From positions 1,595,014 to 1,659,013 of the forward strand of contig NW_003314300.1 of assembly GCF_000143415.4 (NCBI RefSeq): 64,000 bases of DNA, read 5' to 3'. How positions within the stretch are numbered: the first letter of the stretch is position 1; the number at the start of each line of letters is the position of its first letter. This DNA is from Selaginella moellendorffii (Eukaryota > Plantae > Lycopodiophyta). Position numbers and translations under genes: made by a program. The notes beneath the pieces are model-generated. The model saw only the letters and a program-made list of their open reading frames with translations. It was not told the origin of the DNA and ran no database searches. Shown here piece by piece: positions 58,700 to 64,000 of the stretch.

Positions 58700-59692
58700 C
58701 AATGTCTACCCCGGCAATTGGAGATGCTTCTCCAAGTTGGTCCCAAGATTATCATTTCTCTTGTTTCTTTAATTCCTCCACGTAAATCTGCTGCAAGAAG
58801 GTTGTACGCATATCTCGAATCCACTTGCCTGTCGATGCTAAAGTCGCCCACAATCTCCAGATCCCTTATTAACAGCCTCACAGCATAAAAAAGCCCATTG
58901 GTCTACAAAAGTGGAAATGACTGAATCCCAGTCTTCCTTTGTGTCTAACAGCTTGCCAACTTCCTTCGACGTCAAGTCGCGCGATTCAGGCCAGCGTCCG
59001 GCATGGGATCCACATCTATAAGATCCCACAGTTTCGCAGTAGCAACTTCTATGCAGACCCTGTCTAGGATATTCAGCGAGTGCGGATGGTTGGCTGCACA
59101 ATACTCCACTTGTTGACGTCTACACGGGTCATCATCTACAACGGCAGCTAGAACCGAAGCCTGCTTGCACTTGTTCCTGCAAATGCAAACATCACAACCT
59201 ATTAGTGACATGCAGGCATGCATGCAAGTGAAGCGACCACAAACCTTGGTGAAACCTTCTGTTCGAAAGACTTTGATCCTGTAGTTGTCCGCCCTTCCGT
59301 ATTTCCTGTAGTGCATAGCATCAGACAACATCCCTAAGATCACCTTGTAGCTACAGAGAACATCCATTATCGACTCGTAAGCTTGGAGGCGCTCCTTGGC
59401 ATCATACCTCCACTTCACTGGGTCCAATCCCTCAACACCATCGACAATGAATGATATCCTCGCCCAGACCCATCCGATCCTCCAGAAAAGCCTTGAGTGA
59501 AGCGAGATCCCTTACAGTGTCGGCCGTGACGTTGGGCTGCTCGGCGTACGCAAGCTTGAGCGCATCAACAAATAAATCAATGAGGCAACTGCTAGCTCGT
59601 TCCATGTTCCATAAGCACAGCACTATGGTCTTCTTCGGAGCTGCAGTGCAAAGGAGAGAGGCAAATGCCCTGAGCCTTGCAAGACTTGCCAT
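58700..59692 (-). pseudogene. Frameshifted gene of unknown family
   Basis: ATG 59692; coding-like frames with a GT-AG intron (~59242-59176) and frameshifts; 3' part also present at ~44540-44840 and ~61223-61700. Confidence 0.45.
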
Positions 59693-60130
59693 CGCCCTTG
59701 GGCCCGACTACCAGTATCTCCTCTCCGGGAAGCATATCAAACCACATCAGAGCATCGGGCAAGCCTACCACGTTGATTGCTTTCCTGGCCTAGGACCCGG
59801 ATCCAAAGTAGGAACTTTGTTTACCTTGTGGACATCGATCAGCTTCCAGGTGGCAGCAGTAACTGATAGTGTATTATTCAATACACTATCCTTAGTCAAT
59901 GTTTGACTTTCTCCACCTTGACCAAAAATGTGATTCATCGGTTCCAGTATGGTGGCTCACTCGGCTTTCAAATTCTTCCCACTCTCACGAGGAGTGTGTA
60001 CGCGCAGCATCCAAGTAGCATCACATTTTCTAGGTATATATATCATTCAAGGCAATCGTTATTCATCACATCCATCGATCCACTCGTCGCAAAGATTCAT
60101 CCAGTAGTTCTTCCCTCTTGATCATCAACT

Positions 60131-60784
60131 ATGGCTCTCTCCAAATCTCACGCTGTCTCGATTGCTTTGCTCGCATTCTTCGTGTGCGCAGTAGTTTCAT
60201 CCGATCCAGATCCACTCCAGGACTTTTGCATCGGAGATTTCAACGTCGTCCCCGGGATCAATGGATTCCCGTGCAGGAACACGTCCACAGTCACGGTGGA
60301 CGATTTCATCTACAGCGGAATCGTCAACTCCTCCAACACCACAAACATCAATCGCTCCGGTGCAATCTTTGGAACCGTGCTGAGATTCCCAGGCCTCAAC
60401 ACTTTGGGTCTCTCCATCGCTAGGCTCGACTTTCTCCCGGAAGGGATCATCCCTCCACACACCCATCCCAGAGCATCGGAGATGGTCTACGTAGAAGAAG
60501 GGACCGTGTACGCCGCCATCGTCACAGCGGACAATCGCCTGTTTGCCCGAGTGATGAACAGGGGAGAAGTCATGGTGATTCCTCGCGGATTAATCCACTG
60601 GCAGATGAACGTAGGAAGGACCAACGCGAAGATCATCGCCACTCTCAACTCCCAGCTTCCCGGAATCCAGTTCATTGCAAGATCCATGTTTGGATCTCGG
60701 CCAGAGGTTCCCGACGAGGTGCTCGAGAAGACTTTTTTCTTGGATGAGCGTGGCATCAACCAAGTCCGATCCAACTTCGTATGA
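60131..60784 (+). CDS. Germin-like protein type B (copy 5, chimeric: 3' end from copy 4)
   Basis: 217 aa ORF; 3' coding end and downstream flank match the reverse complement of copy 4. Confidence 0.95.
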   Translation: MALSKSHAVSIALLAFFVCAVVSSDPDPLQDFCIGDFNVVPGINGFPCRNTSTVTVDDFIYSGIVNSSNTTNINRSGAIFGTVLRFPGLNTLGLSIARLDFLPEGIIPPHTHPRASEMVYVEEGTVYAAIVTADNRLFARVMNRGEVMVIPRGLIHWQMNVGRTNAKIIATLNSQLPGIQFIARSMFGSRPEVPDEVLEKTFFLDERGINQVRSNFV

Positions 60785-62380
60785 GATTTTGCCCCGTTTA
60801 TAAAATTCTTTTCTGAAAATAGCCAAGATCATCGCACACATAGATAGTGACCAATCAACAGAGAGAAAGGTTCCTTAGCTAACTTCACAGATCTCACAGA
60901 AAAAGTCTGCGTTGAATGGATACCACTAAGAGGGTTCAAACTCATGCTGGGCGTGGTTACCTCCGCAAATCCTTTCATCAAAACCTCTCTTTTTTTCATA
61001 CTTTTCTGTTGCGTGTTTCATAGTTGTAGATAATTTTTCTCATGTTCTCGGGAAATGCTCAACTCTTTTAACGACGTCCCTGTTGCATTTGGTGATGTCT
61101 TGGGACTTGCTTGGAAAGAATTTGGGAACACGAGGTCTTTTAAAAGCTACTGAATCCAGCACAGCTGTGCTCTTTGTTGTACAACCAAATATGTATGATC
61201 AGTTCTGGCTGGAGAAATATATAAGTGCAAGCAGGCTTCGGTTCTAGCTGCCGTTGTAGATGATGACCCGTGTAGACGTCAACAAGTGGAGTATTGTGCA
61301 GCCAACCATCCGCACTCGCTGAATATCCTAGACAGGGTCTGCATAGAAGTTGCTACTGCGAAACTGTGGGATCTTATAGATGTGGATCCCATGCCGGACG
61401 CTGGCCTGAATCGCGCGACTTGACGTCGAAGGAAGTTGGCAAGCTGTTAGACACAAAGGAAGACTGGGATTCAGTCATTTCCACTTTTGTAGACCAATGG
61501 GCTTTTTTATGCTGTGAGGCTGTTAATAAGGGATCTGGAGATTGTGGGCGACTTTAGCATCGACAGGCAAGTGGATTCGAGATATGCGTACAACCTTCTT
61601 GCAGCAGATTTACGTGGAGGAATTAAAGAAACAAGAGAAATGATAATCTTGGGACCAACTTGGAGAAGCATCTCCAATTGCCGGGGTAGACATTGAAGAT
61701 TGAAAATTGAAAATCATCGGAAAAATGAGACGAGTTTTTTTCCTTCTGCCAAAACAAAAAAGGCAGCAAAATCGACATTCGGGCCAAGGCATGACCAAGA
61801 CGTTGTGGTGACCATTCTTGTTGCCCTTGCCTGTAACACCGGACAGAAATCGAGTCTCGTGGTGCATGCTTTTTGCATTGCCGGGAGCATTTCGACGAGG
61901 CAGTGAGGTTCTTCTACTGGACGAAAGTTTATGTTTATGTCCACTTGGATGATCTTGGCTGCCCCAGGAGCATGATTTGGGGGCATGGCTTGGTGACAGA
62001 GGCGATAGATACCATGGCGGTGGAACAAGGACCGCAGCTGAGGTTCCTCAAGAACGTCCAAGATGGTGGGAGGGAAGTCCATCACTTTAGCAATGGGAGT
62101 GGAGATTACTGGAGCCCAAAATTTCCAGCGAAAACCCGTGGCCCTTTCCTTGCAATGAGATCGACAGCTTTGACTTTTCTCGTTGACCTTAAATCTGATG
62201 GTGTTCCATTATGGTGGCTCACTCGCTTTCAAATTCTTCCGTGTGTATGCATGTAGCGTCGCAATTCCTAGTATATATATATCATTCAAGGGAATGATTT
62301 CTCGTCACAAATCCAGTAGTACATTCATCTCCGAGAGCTTAATATCGAGTTTTTCCTCTTTCCTCGATCTGGGATTGGAT
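60785..62380 (+). repeat. Inverted, circularly permuted duplicate of the flanks of GLP copy 4 (57360->56925 joined to 59172->58015)
   Basis: Near-identical reverse complement; novel junction GGAGAAATAT-AT-AAGTGCAAGC at 61211-61232. Confidence 0.9.
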
Positions 62381-63034
62381 ATGGCTTTCTCCACTTCTCA
62401 CGCCCTCTCGATTTCTTTGCTCGCATTCTTCGTGTGCGCAGTCGTTTCATCCGATCCAGATCCACTCCAGGACTTTTGCATCGGAGATCTCAACATTGTC
62501 CCCGGGATCAATGGATTCCCGTGCACGAACTCCTCCACAGTTACTGTGGACGATTTCATCTACAGCGGGATCGTCAACTCCTCCAACACCACAAACATCA
62601 ATCGCTCTGGCGCCATCTTCGGAACCGTGCTGAGATTTCCAGGCCTCAACACTTTGGGTCTCTCCATCGCTAGGCTCGACTTTCTCCCGGAAGGAATCAT
62701 CCCCCCACACACGCATCCCAGAGCCTCGGAGATGGTCTATGTAGAAGAAGGGACCGTCTACGCCGCCATCGTCACCGCGGACAATCGCCTGTTTGCCCGA
62801 GTGATGAACAGGGGAGAAGTCATGGTGATTCCTCGCGGATTAATCCACTGGCAGATGAACGTAGGAAGGACCAACGCGAAGATCATCGCCACTCTCAACT
62901 CCCAGCTCCCCGGAATCCAGTTCATTGCAAGATCCATGTTTGGATCCCGCCCAGAGGTACCGGACGAGGTGCTCGAGAAGACTTTCTTCTTGGACGAGCG
63001 TAGCATTGACCAAGTCCGATCTAACTTTGTTTGA
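62381..63034 (+). CDS. Germin-like protein type B (copy 6, chimeric: 5' end from copy 4)
   Basis: 217 aa from MAFSTSH; unique 3' end (ERSIDQV) and unique downstream flank. Confidence 0.95.
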   Translation: MAFSTSHALSISLLAFFVCAVVSSDPDPLQDFCIGDLNIVPGINGFPCTNSSTVTVDDFIYSGIVNSSNTTNINRSGAIFGTVLRFPGLNTLGLSIARLDFLPEGIIPPHTHPRASEMVYVEEGTVYAAIVTADNRLFARVMNRGEVMVIPRGLIHWQMNVGRTNAKIIATLNSQLPGIQFIARSMFGSRPEVPDEVLEKTFFLDERSIDQVRSNFV

Positions 63035-63594
63035 GATTTTATAAAACCTTGAGCAAGAACTTTTTTCGTACGGAATAGTTAGTTGATAATATTAGTTTAG
63101 GGTTTAAGAACCTTTAACTAAACCCTTAAAGGAAGGCTGGAAAAGGAATGGTGCAGTGTTGGGAACCACACGAATATCGCAGCAAACTGCCAAGAACAAA
63201 CAAAGACAAAAAGAAGAAAAAAATTTCGAGATTTGCGGCAATGTGTGGGGGAGATAAGCTGGGGATGGATTTTTTAATGATTTACGAACCTTTGAGAGAT
63301 TGGATTGGAATCAATCAATCACACGAGAACTCCTTCTCTTATCATTTTTCTTTCCTTGGGCCGATTTTTTTGCCTTTGTTTCGTGTACTTGTTTATCCCC
63401 TTATCGGAGTGTTCCCAGCCAGTGCGCGAGACGACGGCGATGGCGAAGAAATAGAAAGAAAATCGCGCAAACAAGAAGAAGAACAAGAAGCTCCACTCAC
63501 GAGGTAATATAAAAAGAGGTTTTTTTCAATCGCGAGTCTATGGATCGATGAGCGAGCCAGAAGAAATCGAGAAAGAAAAGGAGGGAATCGATTG

Positions 63595-64000
63595 ATGAAG
63601 GCCTCCAAAAATCCTAGTGGAGGAGGAGGAGGAGGAGGAGCTCTCCTCCAAGAACTAGAAGCTCTGAGCCAAGCTCTGTACAAAGCCCAGATCGTCCAGG
63701 CGCCCACCACGAATCCAGCGCCAAGACGCGAATTTGATCAGATGGGTCACCGCCGGAGAGTGAGCGAGGCAGTGGGTCGTCCCCAGAAAGCTCCGCCCAA
63801 TCCCTCCGCGCTGGAATCCAGGCACTCCATCTCCGACATTGGCCGCAAGAACACCACCGGTGATAAAGAACTGGACGAATCGTTAGCAGAGGAGGAAGAG
63901 ATCGACGCGGCGAGGCTGGCCGGCGGGGGGAATCAAAAGAAAGGCTTCTGGAATTGGAAGCCACTCCGCGCGCTCTCACACATCGGCCAGCAGCGATTCC
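63595..64000 (+). CDS. PMI1/PMIR-family (plastid movement impaired, NT-C2) protein, 5' part, runs off the window
   Basis: MKASKNPSGGGGGGGALLQELEALSQALY...KKGFWNWKPLRALSHIGQQRF, open to the end of the window. Confidence 0.85.
   Translation, partial: MKASKNPSGGGGGGGALLQELEALSQALYKAQIVQAPTTNPAPRREFDQMGHRRRVSEAVGRPQKAPPNPSALESRHSISDIGRKNTTGDKELDESLAEEEEIDAARLAGGGNQKKGFWNWKPLRALSHIGQQRF

Noticed and set aside
63148-63507. 119-aa ORF upstream of the PMI1-like gene
   Set aside because: No recognisable homology; likely promoter/5' UTR, though an upstream exon cannot be excluded.

Overview
Compact, intron-rich land-plant nuclear DNA. The ~50-60 nt introns, tiny intergenic gaps, intronless PLS/DYW PPR genes and germin-like arrays suggest a lycophyte such as Selaginella (inference). 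Left part: decayed Gypsy and PPR remnants, then an intact two-exon P-loop NTPase + PD-(D/E)xK-like nuclease gene of Crinkler/RHS-effector type. It and a decayed inverted paralog bracket an HROB-like OB-fold gene and DPE1. Next is an old short-LTR Gypsy element whose integrase holds a solo-LTR, which in turn holds an inverted solo-LTR of the same family. Middle: an ordinary gene run (NPF/NRT1, IQD, GT47 exostosin, peroxisomal 4CL-like, tRNA-Ile, DREB/ERF, PPR, GT77-like, NYN-C2H2). Right 24 kb: a heavily rearranged cluster of 8 intronless germin-like genes built from inverted duplications. It also contains a PPR-DYW gene, an XS-coiled-coil-RING gene absent from the ORF track as a unit, glutathione synthetase pseudogenes, and a 2.25-kb circularly permuted copy that produced two reciprocal chimeric GLP genes. 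The window ends in the 5' part of a PMI1/PMIR-like gene. All calls are by eye; no database search was run.
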